From Marsupella aquatica (taxonomy: Eukaryota; Plantae; Marchantiophyta), in NCBI GenBank assembly GCA_973895155.1, contig OZ316893.1, positions 14,538,645-14,602,644 of the forward strand: DNA of 64,000 bases, read 5' to 3'. How positions within the stretch are numbered: the stretch's first letter is position 1; each line of letters opens with the position of its first letter. Both the position numbers and the translations under genes were made by a program. This document shows positions 18,873 through 31,993 of this stretch, in pieces. Under the pieces are notes generated by a model. That model had not been told where the DNA came from. It ran no database searches and was given only the letters and a program-made list of their open reading frames with translations.

Positions 18873-19550
18873 TAAAAAGAAAAGTAAAAAACATTGGAAA
18901 TGCAAAGAGCAAGACTGTTAAAACTGTCACTATGTAACCGTTTCAGTTACATTTCCAATTTTAAAACTTAAATTCAAAGATTTATAAAAAGTATTTTTTA
19001 TATAATAAATAATGACTAATAACTAACTTGATAATTTCCTTGTTAAACCGCAACTCCTGGTATGTAAGGACCTCTCGTATTGTACGGCCATTAATGCTGG
19101 GAAGAGCACATAGAAACCCAGGATCAGGGAGGAGGAATGGCTGAAATCTTGAAAGTTCATCAAATTTTATACTCAAAACTATTTACTCATTCTCAAAACA
19201 AAAAATACCCCGTCGTAGATCTCATTGAGATCTTTCTTTTGCACCCTAGATCGCCTTCTAACATGGATGAATAAGATTTCTACAGGCATTACAAAATGGA
19301 CGGCAAAGATCGTAAAATTAACAAAATTGACGGCTAGGAAGGCTTGGATTTGTTTAATTTTTCATTTGAAAAATATTAACCCATTTTCAAAATGGACAGA
19401 ACCCATCCATAGATCTATTTGAGATCTTTCTTTTGAGCCATAGATTGGTCATATGATGGACGGACGAGATTTCCAGAGATAAGAAATGGAGACGGCTCAG
19501 ATCGACTCTTCCCCCTGATTTTATTAGCCAAGGGGTCCACGAACTAATTT
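18873..19550. repeat. ~680-bp dispersed direct repeat, copy B
   Basis: Near-identical to 16640-17317. Confidence 0.9.
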
Positions 19551-21744
19551 AGTTATCCAGGTTCCCTTGTGAAAGGACATTATGGACAATAATAACACCT
19601 CAAAACTCCCTTGAAACCGTCTCTTTTTTTTGGGGGGGGGGGGGGGCGGTCATCCCCCACAATGCCATGTCACTAGCCCTAACAGGATATGCTAACATGC
19701 AGGCAGCAGTGAGTATCACAAATCACCCAATTGGATCACGCCACGTCGCCTCAAATGACTGTATCCTGATTTTTGCAGCCAATTCAACCTTGGGTTAGGC
19801 AAATTAGGCACGTCGTTACCTCGAATTTGTTTTATTCCAAAACGACAATATGGCAGAGTGGTCATAAGGTCATTGCATCCCTGTAGCATTTTACATTGTG
19901 TTCTATTTTTATTTAGTAAAGGTCGATCCAGACAGGTCTTCTTCATATTGGACCCAACTCGACCATGCCACTTGCCCAGATACGCAAGGACAACCACGTG
20001 CTAACTGAACCGCGCACCACAGTTGAGAAGTCCCCGAGTGTCCCTCGAAGAGTCGTTCGCGAGGGGTAGGACACTCGGGGACTTCTCAACTGTGGATCTT
20101 CGCTTTTCAGGATCTTCGCGCGCTTTCTAAGTCGTGGCGATCTCTCATTCCCCGAGAAGGCTTCACAAACTGACATGTGTGGTGTCAGTATGCGACTTCA
20201 AACTCGACAAGCATCACTCCACGTGCCATGTAATGGACGCCCGGGGTTGATGTGTCAAATCTAGTGTCGTCATGTAATGTCCATAGCCCATGTTTATCGT
20301 TCCGCGTGACGATCCCCGTCCATGTTGTTCATTGGCAGTGTAAAATTGTCGTGTCACGACATTAGCGCGACACATTTGATTGAAATGGCCGAAAACATTA
20401 GGAAACCCTGATAGACCTCCATGTCGGACATAGTGCTCTTATGAATCACATTTTGCACGTCCATGGAAGTTTTGTACTTATCATTATGAGTCTTAAAATA
20501 ATATTTCTAACTCTTACAATCCATTTGCACCCAATTCCTTTCACGAAGTTGTAAAGTGGTAACTCTCCGTATCAGATAGAGTCTTGATCCATCCGGGCTG
20601 GAACTTCTTCATATTTAGTGGTTACACTATGGAATATTGTGACAAAAAGGGAAAACCACTCTCTTCCATCTTATGGATGCAATGCAAACTCCTCCCATGT
20701 TGCTCTCTTGGTTATCCATTTTAGTATCATCTCGTTTGTCCATTTGGCTATATCTGGCTCAAAAGAAAGATGTAGACAAGATCTGTGGTTGTGTTTCCTG
20801 TGTTCCGACATTTTGCCCCATACCTGTCCCTTAGACATGTATTTACAGTGTAATCGAATATATCTTATACCCGTAGTTGTCGTACGTAAAACACGTCTTT
20901 TATACAGTAGTAGCCATGGGTGAGTCACTGACCTGCTACTTGCCTTTGTGTTTCAGGCATATTTGAAATTGTACCAGTGTCTTATTTATTACAACGTTAC
21001 TTGTCACCCGCTCCATTTGCATAAAACTCTAATCTGCATGTACCTACGAAATTCATTCCCACAGTTCACGATGACCTGGAGCGCAGTTGCCGGAATGTCC
21101 TGTGTTGCCACTTGCCAGCGAAACGAAGAGCATCCTAAACCCTAAACTAGTCCAGTCTGCTTGACACTGGAATCTGGAATGGGGAGTTCGTTGAATTAAT
21201 TAATTAATAGCATATTAGCATCGACTGAGTCTGAACGAAAATGCCTGACGGCAAGTATGAGACACATGTGTCTTTCTCGAAATGCCCTCGATTCTCGGGT
21301 CAGGGACCAATCGACAGTCCGCAAGTGATGGTCAGTCTGTACGTTGATTGCCCCAAACAAGAGTTTCGAAAGCTATCGGGTCGACGATAAGACGTGGGCG
21401 TCGCTACGCGTCCTCCTCTGAAGTGCTCTGCGCTTTGCCACTGCCATCGCCATCGCCTGATCGCCGCCAAAATACGGGAGAGCGTAGGCGCGTAGCTGCG
21501 TAGCGGGTGCCCAGTTGCCGGATCTTCAGTTTGGCGATAGCAGGGAAATCTTTGACGATTATTTAAATTCGCCAGCGTGGCGAATGGTACCTTGTGAATT
21601 AATTTTATAGGTGTCGGTTTCGTATATAAATTCTTTGCGGTCAGATCTCCCTAGAATTAAGGAGAATGAGTGTCAATGAACGTTGTCGTGTGTGGGAAAA
21701 CTGGCGAATGAGTTTGGAAACGAATAATTTACATAGAAAGTGCC

Positions 21745-21845
21745 TTAAAAAAGTACAATGAGGAGCAAACAAAAGCAGGGGCCAAACAAAGTACAAAGAG
21801 AAGCAAACAAAAAAGCTTAACGAGGACAAACCAAAAAGAAACAAG
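21745..21845 (-). mobile_element. Short antisense remnant resembling the 3' UTR of the CRE-like element
   Basis: The reverse complement contains TTGGTTTGTCC...TTTGTTTG...TTTGTACTTTGTTTGGCCC, similar to the 3' UTRs at ~16310-16370 and ~26287-26345. The match is low-complexity. Confidence 0.35.
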
Positions 21846-22782
21846 TGCCTGGTTGAGTCAATGGTGCAACCCAGCAACCCCGGGTAGGGGGGTTGACATG
21901 GGAAGCGTTACATGGTATATTCTTACTTTTTCTAGTTTGTATATAGTATGGTCTATTCCAAAAATTAGGGAGCTATAATAACCCCATAAGGAGAGCTTTA
22001 CCCCAGATTTAGAGGGGCTACTATTGCCCATAATGTTGCCCTAGTAACAAAGAATTGGCCGAAGAAAAAGACCCCTTGTTTGTTATTTTTTTTATTATGT
22101 TGAGGCGCTCCACTTTACAGGTGCATCACTGACTGGTGTGAAGGGTGTGGCCTAGGTGTGATGAAGCTAAGGTCAGTGCAAACTAAATGACTCCTCCTCT
22201 TCCCACCAACAAAAAGCTGGTGTCGAAGTTAAAGAAATCACCATCCCTTTTCCTTTTACCTTTCGCAATGTTTTCTAGTACAACAAAAGGCCTCAAATAA
22301 TGCCAAATGACTATCCAATCGAAGGAAGCACTTTACGCTCCCATACAGAGTACGTACTTTTGTTCCCCAAAAGATTCTTTTCAATCTGTCATGTGGCAAT
22401 TCTTACTTTTTGTACCTTCACGACAGGACCTCCCTTTGTGCTCAGTGCTCACCCCTGCAACTTACAATCATAGGGTTGCCACTTGCGAGATTGAACCTTT
22501 ATGGTATAAATGCTATGTGATAGGAAAAGGCTGCAAATCTTGGCTTTTCGGCTCTTTCCCTTTCGATGGGTTCCGTGTCTCCAAGAGAATCATTTCTCGT
22601 AATAATTATAAGAAAAAGGCGGAGTACACAGTGCAAGTTTATTTGAGAAAAGGAATATTTTTCTGATGAACGAATTGTATAAGAGGAATATCACCTAGGT
22701 CCTTAGGTGGTGAGCTGTATTCCACAAGTACATTTGCAATCGAAAATGTCATTTTAAAAAGTAATCATTTGTCTCCTCAGAG

Positions 22783-25700
22783 ACAGTTCTCCCCCCTCTC
22801 CTCCCCGCCGCCTCGTGGTCGCCTTCGTGTTTGCTTTTCTTCATTGGATCTCTCTCATCTTCGTGATGACCCCATGCCCGATGTTCTGCCAGTCCCCCCA
22901 GTCTACTGCCCACCCCATCGACGCCCTGGCTCCTCTCCCCAGCCCATTCCCCCTCCACCCCTCCAGCATCCCCCTCCGGCCTCTTCATCCACGTCGGTTC
23001 CCCCCCCCACCTCCTGTCCAGTCGGTCCCTGCTCCCTCCCCAGACGAGCGTCCCCTGCATACTTGTCCTGAGTGTGGCTGGGTTGGCCTCTCCCTTCCTC
23101 ATCACCGCGGGCGGGGCCGGTGCCAACGTCGCCAGCAAGCCCAATCCCAGCCCCAGCCCCCTCTTGACCCAGTTAGCTCTGCCCCTCCTTCCTTGGAGGC
23201 TTCCGAGCAGGCATGGAGTTGGGTTCGCTCTCTAGACCCCCTTCCAGCCTACCATCCAGGGTACATTAGACCTCGCCTTTATAACCACATCCCACTAGCG
23301 TTGCGCCCATTAGTTCGGTCATCCTTGTTGCAACTCATGCAGCTTATCTTGGCGCATCCTATCGAGGTCTCCTATTGGTCTTTACTCATGCTTTTTCCAC
23401 AGTGGACTCTTACCCTCCCTAGTCACGGTGGTCGCGTGGGTCATCGTGAGACTGCCTCTCGTATCCATCGTTTTCTGCGGGGAGATTGGGAACAGCTTCA
23501 GGAAGAGTACTTTCTTCGAGCCCGTTCCTTTACTACCCGTGCTTTGTCTGACCCAGCTCGCCACTCTCATCCTCCAGAGCACAGACGCCTTCGTCGCTCT
23601 TGTCGTTTGGCCCAGGCTGGTGAATATCGTCGTGCGGTCCAGGCCCTTTCTCCCACCACACCAGCCCTTCCTGGCGAGGTCACCTTGACGGCCCTTCAGG
23701 ATCTCCATCCGCAGCCCTATGATCAGCTCCCTTTGTTCGTGGAGGATTTTGAGCCTGAGGAGGATCTTCAGTTTAGTAGGGACCACTTCACCTATGCTTT
23801 CCTCCATGCTCCGCGTTGCGCGGCTGGTGGCCCCTCTGGCTATGTCTTTGAGCATTTTCGTGATTTATTCCCCCCTGAGGATCCTCAGTCTGGTTTTCCA
23901 GTTTTCTTCTCCTTTTGCCAGTGTATTGCTGCCGGCCGTTTGCCTCCTCCCGTCTCTCGGCTTTTGAGTGCTTCTCGTTTATTGGCCATGGCTAAGTCTT
24001 CACCGGGTGTTCGGCCCATAGCTATTGGAGAGGTCTTTCTTCGTCTGGTGTCTCGCGCACTTTCATCGCAGTATCGCTCTGCACTATCGGATCATCTCTC
24101 TCCACATCAGTTTGCAGTAGGCGTTCCTGGCGGTTGTGAGACAGTTATTGCGGGTATTCGTACTACCTTGGACCTCCACCCTGATTGGGTTGTCCTCCAG
24201 GTTGATGTCTCCAATGCTTTCAATACGGTTTCTCGGGCAACAATTTTTCGTGCTTTGAGGGCAGCGGATCCAGACATCCAGTCCCTTATCCCCTTTGTCC
24301 GTTGTTTTTATGGGTGTGAGGCCCCCCTCTTCTATAGTCATCACACCTCTACAGGAGTGTATACCACTCTTTCTTCTGCAGAAGGTACACGTCAGGGTGA
24401 CCCTTTGGGTGGGCCTCTTTTTGCCATTGCCCATTTTACTGCTTTACGAGAAGCCTCCGCGGCCCACCCCCAGTGTATCTTCCCCTCCCTTTCAGATGAC
24501 ACCCACATCATTGGTCCACCTTTTGCTGTTACTTCTGCCCTCGCCACCCTTTCCACCCATTTGTTGGGCCTCGGTTTACGAGTACAGCCGGTGAAGAGTC
24601 GTGCATGGAGTCCAGCTGGGTTACCCTCTGATCTTGCGCTTCCCCCTGGGTTCTTACGTCCTGCCGACGGTCTTCGGGTCCTTGGCTCCCCAGTCGGTAC
24701 CGCCTCCTTTTGCTCATCTTTCATTGCTGACGCTCTCCAGGCTGCCTTAGCCCCTACTCCTATGCTCCCTAAGTTAGCAGACTCTCAGGCAGCATTTGGG
24801 TTGTTATTGAGATGCATCCACCCTCGTGCGTCCTATTTGGCTCGGACACATCCCCCTACCGAGGATCTTTCTCTACACCTCCGAGCGTTGATGTCTCCAT
24901 TCGTGAGACTTTGGCCTCTCTTTTAGGGCCAGGTACTTTACTCTCATCTCCGTGGCTTCATCGACAGCTCAGTCTTCCTATTTCTCACGGTGGTTTTGGG
25001 CTTACTTCCACTGAGCGCCTTGCCCCTTTGGCCTTCTTGGGCGCGTGGGCGGCCGCCTTCTCATTGTTGGCAGATCGTGTCCTTACTGAGGATCGACCTT
25101 TTTTACTTTCATCTCTCATGGAGGTCGAGGAGGGTTCCCTCCCATTTCAGGTTCATTTGCGCACGGCTCGGTCATCATTACCCGATCCTGTTCGAGCTGC
25201 GTTACCTTCATTCCAGGAGTTTTTATCCTTGGACCCCGTCCGTCTTCAGGCAGACCTTGCTGGGCGTATGCACGATTTCACCCTCTCCAGCATCCTCATC
25301 GAGGCACCTGACATGGACCGAGCTCGGATTCTTTCTTCCGGAGGGAAGGGCGCAGGAGGCTGGCTTCAGGCCAATCCAGTCATTCCTCACCTGCGGATGT
25401 CTTCAGCGGAGTTTGCGACAGCCATGCGTCTTCGTATGGGCTTGCCCCACCCACTTCTTGCTGGTTTACCTCCTACTTGCACTTGTGGGAAGCCTTGTGA
25501 TGCCACAGGTGTCCATCTTCTTCGATGCAGTTTGGGCGGCGAAACCATTTTTGTTCACGACGCTGTGAGAGATGCGACTGCTCAGGTTCTCTCTGGCTCT
25601 TTGGTCTGCGCGCGGCGGGAGGTGGTGCTCGAGTTACCTGGTCCTCCATCACAGCGGTTACGGGTGGATCTTACCATGGTCCGTGACGGTCACCGTACTT

Positions 25701-26371
25701 TGGCAGATGTAGTGGTGGCAAACCCATTGCGCCAAGACATCATTGGGACAGCGGCAACAACGGCAGGGGCAGCAGCATCACGAGCAGCACAAACGAAGGA
25801 GGCCAAATATGCTGCACGAGCTTCATCTGATAGCTTCCTGCCCCTTGCTCTTGAGATATTTGGGCGTCTTCATCATCAGTTCGACGGGCTTCTTCGCCAA
25901 GCTGCTCGGGATGTTCACGGCCGGATGGGTCCCACCGGGCCCCCGCTATCTGTTTTGACCACGCACTTTCGCCAACGCATTTCAGTCACCTTACAGCGTG
26001 CTCAAGCTCGGGCCGTCTATCGTCGATCTCTGACAGTGGGTGCTAGTGTGACTCCGCAGCGGCTAGCCCCCCTAGAGGACATTCCTGTCCCACTTGCCGA
26101 TCTAGTTTCGACACTTGATGTAGACCACTAGCTTGTAGCCACATTTGCTAGGTATGATGAGGACCTCGGTCCATTTGCGGTAGTTTTAGTTACTCTTTCT
26201 TGGTTTTTAGAGGTTTCCTTTTGCTCACTTCTTTTAGTTCATCTTTCTTGGTTTTTAGGGTTTCCTTTTGCTCACTTCTTTTGCGTTTGGTTTTGTCCAC
26301 TTGGGACCTCTCTTGTTTATTCTTTTGTACTCTATTTGGCCTTTTTCTGTATAAAGTATGTGTATATTCTC
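22783..26371 (+). mobile_element. Long CRE-clade-like non-LTR retrotransposon, copy 2 (single ORF: Zn finger - RT - Zn knuckle - RLE; one frameshift)
   Basis: ORF 22815-24926 has CPECG...HH, GVRPIAIGE, QVDVSNAFN, TRQGDPLG and LSDD. It continues in ORF 24812-26131 after a 1-bp deletion near 24887-24889 relative to copy 1. The C-terminal domain is RLE-type. No APE domain and no poly(A) tail. Candidate short TSD CTCAGAG at 22776-22782 and 26369-26375. Confidence 0.9.
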
Positions 26372-28320
26372 AGAGGCTGGTCCCCTAGAGTACATTCCCA
26401 TTCCCACTTGCAAATGAACTACTGTATATATGTGACATGAGCAATGGTCATTGCTAAATTACATGACCACCTTAGTGGAATGATAGCAAATAATTGTGTT
26501 TCTTTTCTTCTTTTTGGGTTTTACTATTTCAATTTGCGTTTTTCCTTGTTTGGTGTTTATCCTCTTTAGATCTTTTTGTTTTCCTTTCTTCAACTTTGTT
26601 TATCCATTCTGTATAAATTATGGTTCTTGGATTACTCATGTGGGTCTTTTAGAGCTCAAGGGCCGTTTTTTGAAGACATTTATTTGAGCAGATAACCTTA
26701 TAAGCAAAGATTGTATGAAGAAGTCAAGAGTACAGAGCTGATTACTATTCGGCCTTTTGTTTGGTAGTAAACCAATTTACACAATTCGCTTTTTAGAACT
26801 AAGGCTGGAACATAGGCAGTGAATGTTTAAAACTTCTTCTCCAATTCACAATTTTAACTGAAGCTGAAGCTCCTACCGTACACTGCAAGCTACTTTTTGC
26901 AAATTCTATTTTGGGCACTGCAAGTTGATAAGCGCCTAATGTTGCTGCAGCGAGCCCCTGACGTTCCGAAATGATGCTTTTTACTCAAATGATGTATTTT
27001 TCTCTATCGTCATTGTCTGGGCTCAGTTCTGCTTCTCAAAATATCTCGGTTCATTATTTGTGTAGAAAACATCTTTCTATTTTATAATGCTCGTCCACTT
27101 ATGTGTCGTCAGCCACTTAGGTGTCGTCAGCTCATCACTTTCCAAAAGATAATGTGTCAAAAGATGGTTGGTCATTAACTGTCTTTAGGTCGGATCATAG
27201 TGCATTTGAATATAATTTCAGCTATTTTCTGTTTACTAAATTTCAGAAAATTCATGCTTCTCGTCTGCTCGCCACCTGGCATCCGTCAGTCGAGTATTTT
27301 ACTATTCTCGAAGTGTCGAGGACAGCCCAGAGACGGAGATGACCGACGGTGTGCATCACACACAAATGCACGGTCTAGATACGCTGGAGAAGTCGGGACA
27401 CCATTATGGTCGTCGATCACGGGACATCGCAGGTGCAAGATGGGGAGCACCGTCCGTAATGGGAGTGACCCCTCATGGAACCGACAATCTCGACGGCGAT
27501 TGCGCAGTGAATGTCGAAGTGCCCCCAGTCTGAACGACGAGAAATTCTCAGGATTGTCTTATCCTAAAACGCGGAGTGTCTGCGTAGAAGCCGTCATCGT
27601 ACTGGCAGCATGATGAATGTCTGGTGAATCGGAACAGCGCGAGCGAGTGAGTCACGATTCCTCCCCTTTGCATCGAGGATATAAGTACCGGGACAAGTGG
27701 TGGCCTCCGGGACGAAATGCCAGTTTCAGTTACCACTTTTCTAAGAGTCCTGTGAAGCTTGACAGTTACCCAAGGGACTGACTCTCGTAGAGCAGCTCGA
27801 GCAGATTTCTTGTGTAACGTCGGCTCGAAAGACACGGGAAACTTGTTGCGTCCCCTTGTTGAGCTTTGGCCTCAGTCCGTCGGCAGCAGCCGTGATTTGT
27901 GTTGTAGACGGAAGATCTGAGAGCACGAGTTGCATTGTCGGACGAAACAAGAAGAGGAGAGGAGTATTTTATAGTATTTTTAGGAGGTGGGATGAGAAGC
28001 GGAGTGAAGAAGTGATATTGTAGTGGAATTGGAGGGATTGATCAGAGAATTGAGTGTTGTGTCATCGTATGAATTTTCCAGCTCCTTCAAGCTCGTACCA
28101 CTTTGGGAAATCGGGCTGGGAACGGAGGGACTGGTCCGAGAAGTGAATCGTATGCGTTTCTAGCTCGCTTTCGTTCGTGGACTTTGTGAAATCGAGCTGG
28201 GAACTGTTGGAGTAGCTGTCATCGACTGAATTTTCTAGGTCGGTTTGGTTTCTAGACTTTTGGAAAATCGAGCTCAGTGACGTTATCGACCTGGTCGACT
28301 GAAGTTGAGTTGGCATTGAC

Positions 28321-30557
28321 ATGGAGAGAGGCGAGAGCAGCGAGAGAGGGGTGGGACGGGGAGATGAGAAAGACTGGCTGGAAGAATGGAGGATGCACAC
28401 ACGCTTGCTGAGGTCGGCTTTGCAGTCCGGCGCACCAGACGAAGAGATGGAGAAGTTGCTGTTCAACTGCTTTACGCAGTATTCAGACTTTCTCAATCTG
28501 CACGCTGCTTCTGGTAAGATTACTATGTCAAATCACGTGACTCCTTCGTAATTTTATATCTAGGTCAGAATCAATTGAGTGTATCTGTATTTCTCAATCT
28601 GCACGCTTCTTCTTGATAAGATTACTATGTCAAATCAGGTGACTCCTTCATAATCTTATATCTAGGTCAGAATACAATCAATTGATGGTATCTGTAACTT
28701 GTGGGTTCATCAGATTGGGTAGATGGTGTACTTTTATTTGTTACAAAGATTGTAGCAAAGTAAAAGCTCCTTGAATGTGTAACACGTCAGTTGTACACTG
28801 TATCATGCATGATTTGAATCTATTTATGTGACTACCAAGATTGGTTTATATAATATTTATCTTTTACTTTCAAAACTCTGAGTCAAGATTAGTCTATATT
28901 GTATTTATTTCGTACGTACAAATTTTGAATCGAAATTCGATTATTAGAAAAAATATTTAATTCCGGAGACTACACCATGATTTATTCGTGAAACAAATTT
29001 CCATTTAAACAAAATTTGAGATACCAAAACGAATATTATGGATCTAGTCTTTAAATTGAAGTGTTTCGCTTAATAATCTAATTTCGATTTAGAATTTGTG
29101 CGTATGAGACAACTAGAGTATAAATGAATCTTGGTACTCATCAATTACTACAATTTAGACTTTCATCCACTATTATATAATGTAGACTCTTGTCGAATTT
29201 GGCAACTACACTATAGACCAACCTTGGTGCTCATCAAATACTAAGTTTAGATTTTTGTAAAATTTGGAATCTATGGATGAACATTGGTGCTCATCATGAA
29301 ATACTAAGAGACTTTGTCAAATTTGGCACAACCCATCCCATGGGGGGAATAACAAGCGTTGACTCGTTAATTATGGCTTCAGTGATACAAAATATGATGG
29401 AAATACTGGTGACTACTTCTTTTTGGGTGTGCAGAACGAAGAGGTCCTTCGCTCGGGACACATCTGGAGGTTGCTTTCATGTGGTTGGGTGGTTGGAGAC
29501 CCAGTTGCGCGGTCGTTATGGTGTCATCGCTCTTGAAAGCGGAAGTCGGCATAGTATCAGCTGCAGCAACTAGCGATCAGTCGACATACTTCCTGACGGA
29601 GGAGCAGTTGGCTCTTCTGGAGCCACTACAGAATGGAATTCGTGAGTCCGAGTTGGATCTCTCCAACCAGCTCTCGTTATTGCAGGTATCTCCGATATGT
29701 TTTAGAGATCTCCGATACTTTTGGGTCCCATCGCCTTGAAATGCAGTGGATGCCAAATTTCAATCCATTCATTCATCCGCGTATCCAGTGTAGGCGAGAA
29801 TATATTTTCTTCGCTACAATGTGTGTACTTTTGTTCCGACGAGCACTGCCCGATGTCTGCTGTCTGCTGCCTGTTTTATGACAAACTGAGCTGACATGGG
29901 TTTGTTTGGTTGCAGATGCTTATGGCTGATCAAAGTATGCTAAGTGCTCTGACCATGTACTCTGAGTCAAGCGGGAGCAGAACAAGTGTGAAAGACGTTA
30001 TGGAAACCAAGGTAGTCGCGCTCAAGAGGCTTGTAGAACAGGCTAATAAGCTACGCCTACAAACGTTGGCGGACCTTGGGAAACTCTTGACCCCTGTGCA
30101 GGCTGCCCGGGCTAATGTGGCAGCTTTTGAGATTGTTTTCATGATGAGAAGGATGGGCAGCAATTCAACGCTAATGAGAAGCATGAGTGCGTCTGAGGCA
30201 ATCACTCTGGCACAGACATCCATCGAAGTCGACATGCTACCAACTGTACAGAATCTTGTTGTCCCCATACATGCAGGCCTAGCATTAGAGAAGTCCGTCA
30301 GACCTGTAACCTTGCGTTTCGCAATACTGTCTGATCCTCTTCTCACAAGCGCCGGAATCCAGTCTTCGATCTCCTCTTTGCCTTCGGCCACACCCAATGT
30401 TCAAGGGCATAGACTTAACGTGGACCTTGAATCTCGTGACAACCGCACCACTGTTGCTCGTCCGACCATAATAGAGAAATCAACGGAGGATGTAGCTTCT
30501 GGTAGCTCTACTCCAGAAATTCCGTCCAAGGGCGAAATTTTGCCTTCAACGAAATAA
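28321..30557 (+). CDS. DOG1-domain protein, paralog 2 (~361 aa; exons 28321-28513, 29435-29685, 29916-30557)
   Basis: Motifs LEVAFMWLGGWRPS, LTEEQL..LE.LQ...RESE..LS..L..LQ and QANKLRLQTL..L..LLTPVQAA. GT-AG introns have consistent phases. The LQ|ML intron position is the same as in paralog 1. Confidence 0.85.
28489..28696 (+). repeat. ~100-bp tandem duplication spanning the exon 1 donor of DOG1-like paralog 2
   Basis: TTTCTCAATCTGCACGCT...CTAGGTCAGAAT...GTATCTGTA occurs twice. The donor CTG|GTAAG reads TTG-ATAAG in the second copy. Confidence 0.85.
28879..29140. mobile_element. Degenerate ~260-bp foldback (MITE-like) element in intron 1 of DOG1-like paralog 2
   Basis: The left arm (TGAGTCAAGATT...CGTACAAATTTTGAATCGAAATTCGATTATTA) is the imperfect reverse complement of the right arm (TAATAATCTAATTTCGATTTAGAATTTGTGCG...AATCTTGGTACTCA). 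AT-rich and non-coding. Confidence 0.65.
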
Positions 30558-31993
30558 TCACTTGCCTGACTTCAACTGCAGCTAAGGTATGACACTGTAG
30601 ATATCAGTATTGATCATCTATCCCTTTTCTCCCGAATTCCATGTTTCAAAACCCAGTATAGTCGTTGGTGATTGCGGTATATGGTTTGCAGCATTTGGTT
30701 CTAGTTCCGTCCTTGAGAAAGTTGTACTGTCTCTGCTTGAATTGTCATACAGCTTTGGTTTGAGCTCTCTTGAGTCTCCGATCAAATTAAGCTATCTTGG
30801 TTAAACAGCTACATAAAGTTAACTAACAAGTATTCAAACTGTCATGGGAAGACTAAGCCATTGCGACCCTGTACACAATAAAGAAGTGGTGCCATGAGTT
30901 ATTAGCAACATTCAGAAATAAGCCGGTTTCCAAAAGCTGCATGATGTCCAGCTACATAAAGTTTCAGATTTACGTCTGTTTACTATTTCCTTGTCTCCAT
31001 AGAGCATGGTCAGACAGAGAGTCAATAGCACCGTCCTATCGGAAAGACTGACGAACTGTCTGCATGGAATTCCTGCGTGATAATAAGCTTATAATCTCGC
31101 TTATAATGCTTTGTTATTTACTTTCTTCGTCGGTAACAGACAATTCTTATTAGGGGGCTCCTTCTTGGTGACACATGTGGTTTGCTTTCGTGGTCCTTCA
31201 AACTTTGTTGATGGTTTCCGCCTCGATGAGATTTCTGTCACTGGAAGCTTTGCATGGCCTGTATTAGTCTACAAGCTGCCCATCAGAGGCCGTCATTGGG
31301 GAGGAGGAGAGGGCAACGGATATCAACGAGATCAAACTTCATCTGAAAGCTTTCCTTCAGGGATATGCCTTAATGGAGTGATCGACCTCTTCATGAGCTT
31401 TTGTTGTCCTTTGTTGGCCGAAAATCGAAGGTTCGTCACAGCACACCCTGGAATCATCTCCTATCCAATCCTGCCTGATTCTCTGAAATTTCTTTGAGAA
31501 GAAACTTGGATTCTACGTAAGGTCAGTTGTGCAGTGCATGATTAACCTGCATACCGGTACATCCTTTCGACTTCATTTGTGCATTTTGTGACTTCACCGA
31601 CTCACCAAATATCTCCCAGAAGTTAGGAATTGAAATTTCACCATGCACAGGTAGAAGTCTTTGCAGTCAGATCAATTGCACTTTTACCCACGTGAAACAA
31701 GGTTATGCGGTGTTGTATGCTATCCCTGGTATGGCAGTAATGATTTTCTTTTAAACTGTAAGGGTGTAGTTCAAATACCAGGAAATCAGTACGTTATTCG
31801 CGTCAGCAATCTTCAAGATATCTTGCATGAACATCAGTATCGCAAGCTGTTTCTAAAAAGTCCATCAGTTGCTCCTCGGAAAACCTCTTCTGCCTATTTA
31901 ATATCAACCTTTAAATAGTTCTATGGCCATCAGGATCAGAAGATGCTCGTGCAGGTGGTCAATGAAGAGATCAGCGCAATGCATTAGAGTTAA

